Shown: positions 1 to 9,750 of the stretch, piece after piece
Layout: each line of letters starts with the position of its first letter
Numbering within the stretch: position 1 is the first letter of the stretch
Sequence record: SRR31156797_768
DNA length: 61,562 nt
Direction: 5' to 3' (one strand)
Notes under the pieces: generated by a model
Told to the model about the DNA's origin: nothing
Database searches by the model: none
What the model saw: only the letters and a program-made list of their open reading frames with translations
Made by a program: the position numbers and the translations under genes

Positions 1-1
1 G

Positions 2-652
2 GAGCGCTATCCCTTCAACCTGATCAAGAATGACAACCTGCGTCGTACCGCTTCCTTCTTCGGAATCATCGGTATCGCAGTGGCCCTGTGCTTCTTCCTG
101 TATTATGCTCAGGATCTCGTCTGGGGCGAAACCATTCGTGGTACCCGCCGCCTCATGGCTCCTGACTGGCGTTGGCTGCATGTTGGCGAAATGGCTATCT
201 TCTGGCTTGTCCCTTCCTTGTACCTCACCTTCTACTGCAACAACTGGCCGACCAAGTTCAGCCGTCCTGTCAACGTGTGCCTCCGCACCTTGCTGACCGC
301 TCTGGGCGCCGTGTTCGTGTACGTGATTTACTACAAGACCTCTCACCTGTTCCTCGGCACACAGAAAGGTTTCTCCCATCCCCAGCAGTTCCCCATGATT
401 CCCATGATCTGGCTGATTAACATCTTCCTGATCAACGTCTGGTTCATGGATGGTTGGCCGGGTTGGAAATCTGTTCCCAAGACCACTGAAGAATTGGAAG
501 AGGTCAAGGAAGAAGTCGTCGCACACGACGTAAAATGGACCCCGGGTATTGCCAAAGGTCTGGCTGTCGGACTGGCTGGTGGCGCAATTCTGTACGTCGC
601 CATCATCAAGATCCTGCCATGGATCAGCGCCAACTTCACCATCATCAAGTAA
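2..652 (+). CDS. polytopic membrane protein, 5'-truncated by the window edge (putative transporter)
   Basis: Frame is open from base 2 (ERYPFNLIK...) through the 80..652 ORF. Several hydrophobic helices end in recurrent aromatic-Pro motifs (YPF, NWP, GWPGW). Confidence 0.75.
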   Translation, partial: ERYPFNLIKNDNLRRTASFFGIIGIAVALCFFLYYAQDLVWGETIRGTRRLMAPDWRWLHVGEMAIFWLVPSLYLTFYCNNWPTKFSRPVNVCLRTLLTALGAVFVYVIYYKTSHLFLGTQKGFSHPQQFPMIPMIWLINIFLINVWFMDGWPGWKSVPKTTEELEEVKEEVVAHDVKWTPGIAKGLAVGLAGGAILYVAIIKILPWISANFTIIK

Positions 653-676
653 GCGCAGGGAACAAGGAGTAATAAT

Positions 677-1846
677 ATGAGTAACGATAAAAAAAACATC
701 AGCAGACGCGACTTTGTAAAAGGTGCTGCAACTGGTCTTGTCGCGGGTGCATTCGCCGGAATGGGACTGTATTCCTACAGCCCCTGGGCCTATGACGCCA
801 TGCCTGACAAAGAGCGTAAACAGCATGACTTCGGTGCATGCCGCAACGTCCGCATTACCAACATCTCTGAGACCAGTTGGTTCAACAATGCGCACCTCAT
901 CGGCGACATCCACGAAGCAGGTGGCCTGCTTGTCAACCAATACACTCTGAACTGGGCACCTTTTGCCAACGGCAAAGGATCTGCGCAGGGTTCCTACAAA
1001 GAGGGTATCGGCACCATCAAGGAATTGCTCCCCAACGACCTGAAAAAGGCATGGGAAATCCAGAAAAAATTGGCTTTGCACCCTGACAATCCGGGTGGAT
1101 ACTCCTGCCTTATCGAAGTGGAAGCTCTGGACGGCACCGTCCACAAGTACCTGCTGGACACCGGCTGGTCCTATGAGTGGATGGAAGACAGCTTCAAACG
1201 TGAAGGCATCGACAAGATGCTTCAGGAGCAGGAGATCGAAGCACTGTTCATTTCACATGAACACTGGGACCACTTCTGGGGTCTGCCCGTCACCATGAAA
1301 TACGACAACCGTATTCCCTTGTATGTCCACGATGGTTTCTACGAAGAAGGCCTCCAGTACATCAAGGACTCCGGTTACAAAGGTGATCTGGTCATCGCAG
1401 ACAAGCCCGTCACGGAAATCATTCCGGGCATGGCTCTGCTCAAGTTCGATGTCCCCATCATCAACCGCGTGTTCGGTGAGACCTCGCTGGCCTTCAACAT
1501 CAAGGATCGTGGGCTGGTGCTCATCTCCGGTTGTTGTCATCAGGGTATCCTGAAGTTTGCCGATTTTGCCTACACGAACCTGAAATACGACAACGACAAG
1601 TTCTATGGCATCTATGGCGGTCTGCACATCTCACCCTTTGAAGATTGGGACCCCAAATACGACGACCTCGTGATCTCCCTTGGACAGTGGGGCTTCGAGC
1701 GCATTGGCTGCAACCATTGCACCGGCCACCTCACCGCCAAGAAATTCATCGAAGCCGGATATCCTGTCGTGCGTGGAACCGCGCGTTTCCGGTCCGCTTC
1801 AAAAGATTACCTCGGCAACGGCGATAAAATCAGCTTCGGCTGCTAA
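677..1846 (+). CDS. Tat-exported MBL-fold metallo-hydrolase (DHPS-like/MJ0301-type subgroup)
   Basis: RBS AAGGAG; twin-arginine signal SRRDFVKG; LLDTG, HEHWDH, SGCCHQG, GGLH and CNHCTG motifs. Confidence 0.85.
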   Translation: MSNDKKNISRRDFVKGAATGLVAGAFAGMGLYSYSPWAYDAMPDKERKQHDFGACRNVRITNISETSWFNNAHLIGDIHEAGGLLVNQYTLNWAPFANGKGSAQGSYKEGIGTIKELLPNDLKKAWEIQKKLALHPDNPGGYSCLIEVEALDGTVHKYLLDTGWSYEWMEDSFKREGIDKMLQEQEIEALFISHEHWDHFWGLPVTMKYDNRIPLYVHDGFYEEGLQYIKDSGYKGDLVIADKPVTEIIPGMALLKFDVPIINRVFGETSLAFNIKDRGLVLISGCCHQGILKFADFAYTNLKYDNDKFYGIYGGLHISPFEDWDPKYDDLVISLGQWGFERIGCNHCTGHLTAKKFIEAGYPVVRGTARFRSASKDYLGNGDKISFGC

Positions 1847-1866
1847 CTATTCCGAGCCATTCCAAC

Positions 1867-1897
1867 TGTTCGGCCCGCTCTTTGAGCGGGCCGAACA
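1867..1897 (+). other. perfect 14-bp intergenic hairpin without U-tract (possible mRNA stability/processing element)
   Basis: TGTTCGGCCCGCTC-TTT-GAGCGGGCCGAACA between the MBL and COG0523 genes. Confidence 0.6.
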
Positions 1898-1916
1898 CCA
1901 TACAACGAGAACGCCC

Positions 1917-3743
1917 ATGAATCTTTCCGCAATCCTTCCCCCGCAGCGCAGTAGAGAGCAACAGATCAACATGCCGGAGATGGTGGTAAACTGCCTGTTG
2001 GCGGCATGCCAACATGATGAATTCAAACGACTGGTAGGCTGGAAAGGCATGGCGGTTTGCCCTCGGGGCAAACAGGCATGGACCATGCGGGTCCGCACAC
2101 GTCCCGGCGTCTTCGGCCTTTGTACTGAAGATGAACACACCGACGAAAACGGACTTCATACGGCTCTTGGACTCTATTATTTCCCAACCGAGCAGGAGTC
2201 ACTGCTCGACACCATGTCCCTTGCGGCCAATATGGCAGTAGTTCAGCCTGATTACACAGACGCGCTCCGTCAGTTTTCTTCTAATGAAGGATGGGCGGCA
2301 CCATTCCGCATAGCCACGATCTTCACGGCTTTAAGCACGGATGAAGGCAACATATCACTGCAACTTGAAGCCGTTGACCGCAAGTTGTGTGTAACCAAAG
2401 ACGGCATAGCCACCGCAGAAGGACAGTGGGTTATTGCCCCCGGTCAGGCAGAAGAAGATATCCCGGCTCACGCCATTGCCATGGATTTCATGCTCGTGCT
2501 TGGAGCTGCCATTTCCAACTGCGTCGGAGAACCTCCGTGCTGGTTTGGCAGAAATGAATCACCCGCACAGGCTTTTGCCTACGATGCTCAAGGCAATCAA
2601 TCTCCAATTTCCCACAAAATCTCTACCCTCACTGACACTCTCGGCTGGGGGGATATTGATACGTCAAAAAGACTTGCATTTCCCATCACCCCGCAATTCA
2701 GCGCATGCGGCGGCGCACCGGAGAGGTCTCACTTCCCGGCCCCTCTGGACACCGCCCTGCTGTGGGAAACACACAACCTTTCAGCCATCGCCCAAAACGG
2801 CGAGCATGAATACGCTTTTGACAGCCGCCCCAGCCTGATTGTCCTCAGCGGTTTCCTTGGCGCAGGTAAAACAACATTTCTCAACCAACTTCTGGAATAC
2901 CATGCTGCACGCGACGAACTGGTCGCCATCATCCAAAATGAAATTGGCAAAACCGGCGTGGATGGCAAGTTGCTTGAAGGTGACGAATCCATCATCGAGC
3001 TGGATGAGGGCTGTGTGTGTTGCACTCTCGCAGGCAATCTCTCCAAAGGAATCGACCAACTGAATACCCAGTTCAGCCCCAAGGTTATCGTGCTGGAAAC
3101 AACAGGACTCGCCAATCCCTTCAATATCCTGAACGAGATCGACGCACTTCGGCCTCAGGTTCGGCTCGACTCCATAACAACATTGGTAGATGCGCAAAAC
3201 GCCCCGGCACTGCTGAATGAAAGCGACATCACTCGCGATCAGATAAAAGCGGCAGACACCATCATTCTCAATAAATGCGATTTGATTTCCGCTGAAGAAC
3301 AAACGGCATTGACCGACACCATCCGCACCTTGAACAACCGCGCCCTTTTGGTAAAGACCGAATACGGTGCAATCAATCCGGGAACTCTTTATGATTTCGA
3401 TCCATTGACGCAAAATGTCGAAGGTCTTCTTCCTGGCCTCCTCTCGCCCCCCAACCATACCCATGCCATGGAAGGATTCATTTCCAAACGTTTTGCCTTC
3501 CACGAACCCTTGAGCCGAGAAGACCTTCTTGGAACCTTGAACACCCTCCCCAAGGAAGTGTTCCGGCTCAAGGGAATCGTGAACGTTGCGGAAAGTGACG
3601 AACATGAAGTAGTACAATACGTCTCAGGGCGGTACGAGCTTTCCCGCCTCGGCAATGACTTTGATGGCGAAAGCTTTCTTGTGGCCATCGGCAAAAATAT
3701 GAATGTATCCATGCTCGAACAACTCGAACGGAGATATGCATGA
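1917..3743 (+). CDS. COG0523/CobW-family G3E GTPase metallochaperone with about 300-aa N-terminal extension
   Basis: Walker A GFLGAGKTT, NEIG, GCVCC metal motif, ETTG, LNKCD and CobW_C-like FRLKG tail. ATG 1917 is the first start after the MBL stop. Confidence 0.85.
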   Translation: MNLSAILPPQRSREQQINMPEMVVNCLLAACQHDEFKRLVGWKGMAVCPRGKQAWTMRVRTRPGVFGLCTEDEHTDENGLHTALGLYYFPTEQESLLDTMSLAANMAVVQPDYTDALRQFSSNEGWAAPFRIATIFTALSTDEGNISLQLEAVDRKLCVTKDGIATAEGQWVIAPGQAEEDIPAHAIAMDFMLVLGAAISNCVGEPPCWFGRNESPAQAFAYDAQGNQSPISHKISTLTDTLGWGDIDTSKRLAFPITPQFSACGGAPERSHFPAPLDTALLWETHNLSAIAQNGEHEYAFDSRPSLIVLSGFLGAGKTTFLNQLLEYHAARDELVAIIQNEIGKTGVDGKLLEGDESIIELDEGCVCCTLAGNLSKGIDQLNTQFSPKVIVLETTGLANPFNILNEIDALRPQVRLDSITTLVDAQNAPALLNESDITRDQIKAADTIILNKCDLISAEEQTALTDTIRTLNNRALLVKTEYGAINPGTLYDFDPLTQNVEGLLPGLLSPPNHTHAMEGFISKRFAFHEPLSREDLLGTLNTLPKEVFRLKGIVNVAESDEHEVVQYVSGRYELSRLGNDFDGESFLVAIGKNMNVSMLEQLERRYA

Positions 3744-4327
3744 ACATATTACAACAGGGCGGCTTCATGATGTGGCCGCTTCTTGTCCTTTCCATTGCAT
3801 CCCTTGCTGTCATGGCCGAACGGTTCATTGCTTTCACCACCCGCCGCCTTCCTTCAGCCACAGCACTCATACCAATTTTCGACCTGTTCAAAACGCAAGG
3901 CAGTGATGCGGCCCTGCACGAAGTGGAAAATATCGCGCCGACCTACCTTCAGTTCTTCAAGGCGTTGTTCAACGAGCTGCCACTCCCCGCAAAAGAACAA
4001 AAAATCCACCGTGTCGGCGAAGAAGTGCTTTTTTCATTTCGCCGCAGACTGGATTTTCTGGCCACAGTTGCCACGACAGCCCCACTCATAGGCTTACTCG
4101 GCACGGTCCTCGGCATGATCAATGCCTTTTCCCGTCTCTCCGCTTCCGGCAACGTCGACATCACCATGCTTGCAGGCGGTATCTGGCAGGCACTTCTCAC
4201 AACGGCAGCGGGCTTGAGTGTCGCAATCCCCTCACTTCTGGCACACCGCTGGTTTTGTCGCGAGTACGATAAAAATGCCTTTGCCATGCAGCGTATGACC
4301 AACACCTTCCTTGAAGGGATCAAATAG
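3740..4327 (+). CDS. exbB: MotA/TolQ/ExbB proton channel protein
   Basis: GGFMMWPL start, APLIGLLGTVLGMI, LAGGIWQALLTTAAGL; ATGA overlap with the upstream gene. Confidence 0.92.
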   Translation: MNILQQGGFMMWPLLVLSIASLAVMAERFIAFTTRRLPSATALIPIFDLFKTQGSDAALHEVENIAPTYLQFFKALFNELPLPAKEQKIHRVGEEVLFSFRRRLDFLATVATTAPLIGLLGTVLGMINAFSRLSASGNVDITMLAGGIWQALLTTAAGLSVAIPSLLAHRWFCREYDKNAFAMQRMTNTFLEGIK

Positions 4328-4335
4328 GCCTTTTC

Positions 4336-4776
4336 ATGGTTTCCTTTGAGCAGAAAAAACCACGCCCTGCTTCGCCGGACATCACCCCACTTTTGGATGT
4401 CGTCTTCATTCTTTTAATATTTTTCGTTGTTTCAACCGTCTTCACGGCAAAAGGCATGGAAATGGAACTTCCGCCAGCCGAATCTTCCAAACCGGTTTCA
4501 GGCAAATCCATGGAAATAGAGTTGCGAACCAACGGCGATGTGTTCTGTGACACCGAACCGATCACCCTGCTGTCCCTCGCCTACAAGCTGCAATCCACAG
4601 CATCACAACCACTGGCACTGCAACCGGCACACATTCTTTTAAAATCGGCCCCACAGGCACGGGTGGAACAATTTGTCCGCATTGTGGATTTAGTCAGGTC
4701 CAACGGATTCAGCAATCTCGTTATCGCGACCAGCACCAAAGGAGAAGACGCCGTAAAGGCCGAGGCACATCAATGA
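4336..4776 (+). CDS. exbD: ExbD/TolR biopolymer transport protein
   Basis: DITPLLDVVFILLIFFVV motif; follows exbB. Confidence 0.92.
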   Translation: MVSFEQKKPRPASPDITPLLDVVFILLIFFVVSTVFTAKGMEMELPPAESSKPVSGKSMEIELRTNGDVFCDTEPITLLSLAYKLQSTASQPLALQPAHILLKSAPQARVEQFVRIVDLVRSNGFSNLVIATSTKGEDAVKAEAHQ

Positions 4777-5300
4777 CCTCGCGCCAGATTCTCGGCACCT
4801 GCGTTGCCATCTCAATCGTGGTCCACATATTTCTGTTGCAACTGGACTGGGATCAGGAACCGGTTGTCGGTGGGGAACAGATCATTGTCCCACTGGATTT
4901 TGATGTCTCAGTCAGTGCCCCCGGCAATCCCCTTGCTCTTGAGCAGGGCTTTGTGGGAGATGACCCTGATGAGAATTGTGAAGACGCAGGCAAACGCTTG
5001 CGGCGACTGGCCATGAAGCACTTTCTCACCCAAGTCCATGAGGCCATTGAACGGCGTAAATTTCTTCCCGGCAACGGCGACCTTTCGGGACTCATAGGTA
5101 ACGCCCTCTTTACATTCCGCATTTTACCCAACGACTCCTTTACCGATGTCAGGCTCCTCCGCTCCTCCGGAGACAAACGCCTTGACCGCGCTGCCCTGCG
5201 AGCAATCACGGCAGCAAGTGGCCTTACAAAACGGCCCAAAATCATTCAGGGGCAGACATTCACCATGAGAACCGCTGTCAAATATCAGTACAACATGTAA
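4773..5300 (+). CDS. tonB: short TonB-family energy transducer
   Basis: N-terminal TM with SxxxH (SIVVH); C-terminal TonB_C-like RSSGDKRLDRAALRAI; follows exbBD. Confidence 0.8.
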   Translation: MTSRQILGTCVAISIVVHIFLLQLDWDQEPVVGGEQIIVPLDFDVSVSAPGNPLALEQGFVGDDPDENCEDAGKRLRRLAMKHFLTQVHEAIERRKFLPGNGDLSGLIGNALFTFRILPNDSFTDVRLLRSSGDKRLDRAALRAITAASGLTKRPKIIQGQTFTMRTAVKYQYNM

Positions 5301-5460
5301 CAAGACACGCTTTTTATAGTCTCTTTCATGAGTCATCTGTCTTTTCAAAATGATATTCATCATTCTTGATCCCGAAACATTTCATTCAACCATCGGATAA
5401 AGTCAGACTTTGCGAAAGGTCAAATTCAACAAAAAGCGGTTAAGCTCGTCATAAATCCAT

Positions 5461-5481
5461 TTGATATTGACTTTCATTATC
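5461..5481. promoter_or_regulatory. Fur box upstream of AraC regulator
   Basis: GATATTGACTTTCATTATC (5463-5481) matches 15/19 of GATAATGATAATCATTATC. A second weaker copy lies at 5346-5364. Confidence 0.7.
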
Positions 5482-5529
5482 TATCACATTACCACATGTC
5501 ACATACATTGAACATGCAGGAGCCATAGA

Positions 5530-6498
5530 GTGAAACCAGCCTCAAAGAATGAAAGATGTTCCCCGGAAGGGAATTCACTGCATATATCTCTTGAGGGGTA
5601 CACCTCACTCCCTCACGGCATCAAATCCCAATCTCTCAGAACAGGACTGTCCCTTTCCATTTCTCATCCGAAAGCAGGAGTTCCACTTACAAGCTCTTTT
5701 GAAGTTGATGAGGCGCCTATTCAATTCGGATTCACCTGTTTCGGTAAAAACCGATGCACATATTCCGGTGGATCATTTCGCAACCACACACATGAAATGC
5801 AATCCGGCTCCAATGGGATTTTCTATTTACCAAAAACCAGAGGCGTTCTTGAAAAACCCGACAAAGATCCTGCATGCGTTATCGGAATACTTGCCACTCC
5901 TGAATTTCTTCGCAGCTACTTCAGTGATTCAATGGATCAACTTCCACTTGAATTTCAAAAAAAAGTTGATGAAACCCGCATGAATCCAATGGCATGGTTT
6001 GGAAAAAGTACCCCCACTAAACGTCATCTACTCAGTCAGATCCTCAACTGCCCGTACACAGGTGGAATACGGCGCCTTTTTCTGGAAAGCCGCGTCATGG
6101 AACTTCTTGCCCTGCAAATCAATGACTATGCTGAATCAAAAAAGATATGCCAAAAACAAGCTACTCTCCGACCTGATGATGTCGAACGTATCCGCTCGGC
6201 CAAAGATATCCTTGTCAAAGATCTGGACGCTCCTCCCAGCTTAACTGAATTGGCTGCTTGCGCAGGACTTAATGAGAAAAAACTCAAAATCGGATTTCGA
6301 CAGGTGTTCGGCACTTCTGTTTTCGGTTTTTTCCGCGAACACCGGCTACAAAAAGCGCATGAGCTCCTCAGACAAGGGAACCTCAATGTAACAGAAACCG
6401 CCTACGCCATTGGATATCAAAGCTTGAGCCACTTCAGTCGTGCTTTCAAAAAACGATTCGGCATCCTCCCCAAAGACTTCTGGGCTAGCCAGCGATAA
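5530..6498 (+). CDS. AraC-family (PchR/YbtA-like) transcriptional regulator
   Basis: RLFLESRVMELLA, PPSLTELA...KLKIGFRQVFGTSVF...VTETAYAIGYQSLSHFSRAFKKRFG double HTH; adjacent to a TBDR. Confidence 0.92.
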   Translation: MKPASKNERCSPEGNSLHISLEGYTSLPHGIKSQSLRTGLSLSISHPKAGVPLTSSFEVDEAPIQFGFTCFGKNRCTYSGGSFRNHTHEMQSGSNGIFYLPKTRGVLEKPDKDPACVIGILATPEFLRSYFSDSMDQLPLEFQKKVDETRMNPMAWFGKSTPTKRHLLSQILNCPYTGGIRRLFLESRVMELLALQINDYAESKKICQKQATLRPDDVERIRSAKDILVKDLDAPPSLTELAACAGLNEKKLKIGFRQVFGTSVFGFFREHRLQKAHELLRQGNLNVTETAYAIGYQSLSHFSRAFKKRFGILPKDFWASQR

Positions 6499-6514
6499 GA
6501 ACTGGCACCCTCAG

Positions 6515-6598
6515 CAAAAAAAGTCCGGCTACCGACAAATTTTGTCCTGTGAGGATTAGTCGGATTCACCAAGCCTGTGTATTGAGTTTGATTATCAA
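6515..6598 (+). promoter_or_regulatory. candidate tandem AraC half-sites plus Fur-like box upstream of TBDR
   Basis: CAAAAAAAGTCC (6515) and CAAATTTTGTCC (6536) repeat with 21-bp period; TTGAGTTTGATTATCAA at 6582-6598 (TTGA-N9-TCAA). Confidence 0.5.
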
Positions 6599-6630
6599 AT
6601 TCAAGAAAACATATTTCAGGTGGGAGTACA

Positions 6631-8712
6631 ATGTCTTCACGCAAAATCACCGGTTTCATACTCACAATAATCCTTCTTTTTTCATCCCCCGTACAGGCGG
6701 AAGAAAACCAATCCAACAATGAAACACAAAAAACAATCACTATGGAACCTGTCACCGTCACAGCCAGCAAACGTGAGGGCTCCGTCAAAGACTTCCCGGG
6801 CAATATTTCTGTCATGGATGATGCCTTCATGGAAACACACGGGACCGAAGACCTTGCGGACCTGACTCGATTCGCTCCCAACGTATACGTCAAAAGCACC
6901 AGTTCCGGCGGCTCCATAGTCTGCCGTGGCATCTCGACTATCGACACATCTCTGTTCAGCCCCATGGGCCTTTACGTTAACGATGTGGCTCTCCCCATTG
7001 GCTACATGGTCAATCAAGACCTCTTCGACGTCGAACGGGTAGAAATACTTCGAGGTCCACAGGCCACTCTGTACGGACGGAACAGTGAGTCCGGCGTCAT
7101 CAATATCGTACTCAAGGAACCAGACAACACCTCTCGGCACAGGGTCATGACTGAACTCGGAAATTATAGCACGGCCAGGTTGGGAGGAAGTTCCAGCGGC
7201 CCTCTTATCGAAGATAAACTTTTCTACAATGTGTCCCTCCTCGGAAAAACAACAAATGGGTACATGAAAAACACTTTTCATGACGATGACGATGTTGCCG
7301 GAGAGGAGTCCTTGTTTGGCCGAGGCACGCTCCGATGGACACCCACCAAGGCATGGGACATCTCTCTTGATCTTGATGGGACAAAACGAAATTTAGGCAT
7401 CAGTTATTTACGTTTTGAAGATGGACCAAACAAGACTCCTCGCCATGAAGTTCGTTCCAATGGAGGAAACAAGGCCTACGAAAACGCACTGGGACAATCT
7501 GCTCGTATCAAATACACATGGCCTTCCGTTGAACTCACGTCCATAACTAGTCATCGTACTTTTGACAGAGACCATCAGCACGATTTTGACAGAACACCTC
7601 TCCCGCTCGGTGACTCGCAAATGAACACGGAAATGGACAGTTGGGGTCAGGAAATCCGCGTATCATCCAAAAATGAAGATCAACTGTCATGGCTGATTGG
7701 CCTCTATGGTCGTCATGAAACCATTGATGCCGGTATAGACTTCAACCACGTCAATCCGCTGATGGCCTCCAAACGAAAGGGCGATAGTACGGATAATGGC
7801 TACGCGGGCTTTGGCCAAACAACATATGAAATCATCAAAGGACTTCGTCTCACAGGCGGGTTGCGATTTGATGTTTCACGCAACAGCGGTAAGCACACAT
7901 ATACACCAAACACCGGCCCGGTTTCCTATGAACAGGACATCAACAATACCGAATGGCTGCCCATGGCTTCGCTGGCCTATGACTTCACACCGCGCATAAC
8001 GGCATACACTACGGTCTCCAAAGGATTTCTGGCAGGCGGATTCAACTTCTTCTCCGCAACCAGTGCCGAGACCTTTGCGTATGACCCAGAGCATTCCGTT
8101 AACTATGAAGCTGGTATCAAAACAAACTGGCTCGACAACACCCTCACCTTCAATACCACTATCTTCTATACGGAAATCTCGGACAAACAGGTACGCGAAG
8201 AAGTGCCCGGTGCCGGCATGGGAATCTGGAAATTCACCAATGCTGCCGATGCACACACTCAGGGCATCGAACTGGAAACGCAGTATCAACCTATACCGGA
8301 ATTACAATTGATAGCCGGATTTGGATACGCCAATGCAGAAGTAGACAAATGGAACACCACCGTTGCTGGAAATCCGGTGGACTACAGCGGCAACAAACTG
8401 CCTTGGGCGCCAGAGTACACCTACACTCTCAGCGCAAAATACAGCCATCAAAACGGCTTCTTTGTTCTGGCAGATCTGCTTGGTACAGGCGAACAATATT
8501 TCGATGCGGCCAATACGCTCAAAGATGACGGGTATGAAACAGTCAATCTTCGTATCGGCTATCAGGCTGAAGACATTGAAATAGCCCTGTGGTGCGACAA
8601 CCTTCTCGATAACGAATATGCAAACAAAAAAGTCAAAACAGGCACTGGATTAACTCTGGTGGAAGATGGCGCTCCCCGGACATTCGGACTTACCTTCAAT
8701 TGGAGATTTTAA
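6631..8712 (+). CDS. TonB-dependent outer-membrane receptor (siderophore/FyuA-like)
   Basis: Signal peptide, TonB box (EPVTVTA), plug motif VERVEILRGPQATLYGRN, C-terminal Phe (FNWRF). Confidence 0.95.
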   Translation: MSSRKITGFILTIILLFSSPVQAEENQSNNETQKTITMEPVTVTASKREGSVKDFPGNISVMDDAFMETHGTEDLADLTRFAPNVYVKSTSSGGSIVCRGISTIDTSLFSPMGLYVNDVALPIGYMVNQDLFDVERVEILRGPQATLYGRNSESGVINIVLKEPDNTSRHRVMTELGNYSTARLGGSSSGPLIEDKLFYNVSLLGKTTNGYMKNTFHDDDDVAGEESLFGRGTLRWTPTKAWDISLDLDGTKRNLGISYLRFEDGPNKTPRHEVRSNGGNKAYENALGQSARIKYTWPSVELTSITSHRTFDRDHQHDFDRTPLPLGDSQMNTEMDSWGQEIRVSSKNEDQLSWLIGLYGRHETIDAGIDFNHVNPLMASKRKGDSTDNGYAGFGQTTYEIIKGLRLTGGLRFDVSRNSGKHTYTPNTGPVSYEQDINNTEWLPMASLAYDFTPRITAYTTVSKGFLAGGFNFFSATSAETFAYDPEHSVNYEAGIKTNWLDNTLTFNTTIFYTEISDKQVREEVPGAGMGIWKFTNAADAHTQGIELETQYQPIPELQLIAGFGYANAEVDKWNTTVAGNPVDYSGNKLPWAPEYTYTLSAKYSHQNGFFVLADLLGTGEQYFDAANTLKDDGYETVNLRIGYQAEDIEIALWCDNLLDNEYANKKVKTGTGLTLVEDGAPRTFGLTFNWRF

Positions 8713-8715
8713 ATC

Positions 8716-9747
8716 ATGATAATACAAAAAACGACACCCGACCTTACCCCAGGAATCGTCTTTGAGCTAATGATCGGCCCCATCCGTCATGCCGTTCTGG
8801 AAAGTGCCTTCAGAATGAACATGGCCGACATTCTGGCTGACCATCAGAACCCAAAGGCCATTGCCAAAGTCTTGAACCTGAAAACCGATGAAACAAACCT
8901 CATCTACTTTCTGGATGCCATGGCTTCCATGGGTTTTATCGTAAAAGAAGACGGCACATATTCCAATACCGACTTCGCGGAAGCCTATATGCGCAAGGAG
9001 AGTCCCACTTACCTCGGTGGACTGGTAGAAAATCTCACTCGCATGCAACACCGCAACCTCAATCGAATTCCTGAGTTGATACGCACGGGACCACCGGAAG
9101 TTGAATCGCAGGACCGTCTTGAAAAAGAAGAGAAATGGAAGGAGTCAGTCCACCATCTGGCAAGCTACCATAAGGCCGGGATGGCTAATGACGTTGCCGA
9201 TTTGGTGTCCTCACTCCCTGAATTCCCCTCAATGCAAAATATGCTGGACCTCGGTTGCGGCCCGGGCATCATGTGCATGACAATTGTACGACGCCATCCA
9301 TCTCTCAAAGGTGTTCTCTGCGACCTCCCAACCGTGATGGACGTCGCACGCGAAGAAATTGCCGAGCACAAACTTGAATCTCGCGTCAGTACAATTGATG
9401 GAGATTACAACGATACAGACTTCGGCAAAGGCTACGACCTGATATGGGCAAGTCACACATTGTACTACGCCCGCGACCTCTCAGCACTGCTTAGCCGTGC
9501 ATACGAAGCCCTTAATACGGGCGGTGTGTTCATCAGTTTCCACGAAGGACTTACCTGTGAACAAACTCAACCAACCGACATGATTCTGTCGCGCCTCTCA
9601 TTAGCCTTGGAAGGACAGGATGTTTCCTTTAACCAAGGAGAAATAGCTTCTCACCTCCTGAAGGTCGGGTTCTCATCCATTGAAATCCGAACTCTGGAGA
9701 TGCCCATGGGCCCCATGGATCTCATTATCGCCCGTAAGCATAAATAA
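8716..9747 (+). CDS. class I SAM-dependent methyltransferase (O-methyltransferase type with N-terminal dimerisation domain)
   Basis: LDLGCGPG SAM-binding motif, CDLP, GYDLIWASH. Confidence 0.88.
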   Translation: MIIQKTTPDLTPGIVFELMIGPIRHAVLESAFRMNMADILADHQNPKAIAKVLNLKTDETNLIYFLDAMASMGFIVKEDGTYSNTDFAEAYMRKESPTYLGGLVENLTRMQHRNLNRIPELIRTGPPEVESQDRLEKEEKWKESVHHLASYHKAGMANDVADLVSSLPEFPSMQNMLDLGCGPGIMCMTIVRRHPSLKGVLCDLPTVMDVAREEIAEHKLESRVSTIDGDYNDTDFGKGYDLIWASHTLYYARDLSALLSRAYEALNTGGVFISFHEGLTCEQTQPTDMILSRLSLALEGQDVSFNQGEIASHLLKVGFSSIEIRTLEMPMGPMDLIIARKHK

Positions 9748-9750
9748 ATC

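Noticed and set aside
1680-1916. Upstream extension of the COG0523 ORF to 687 aa
   Set aside because: It overlaps the MBL gene in another frame and crosses the intergenic hairpin; ATG 1917 is the plausible start.
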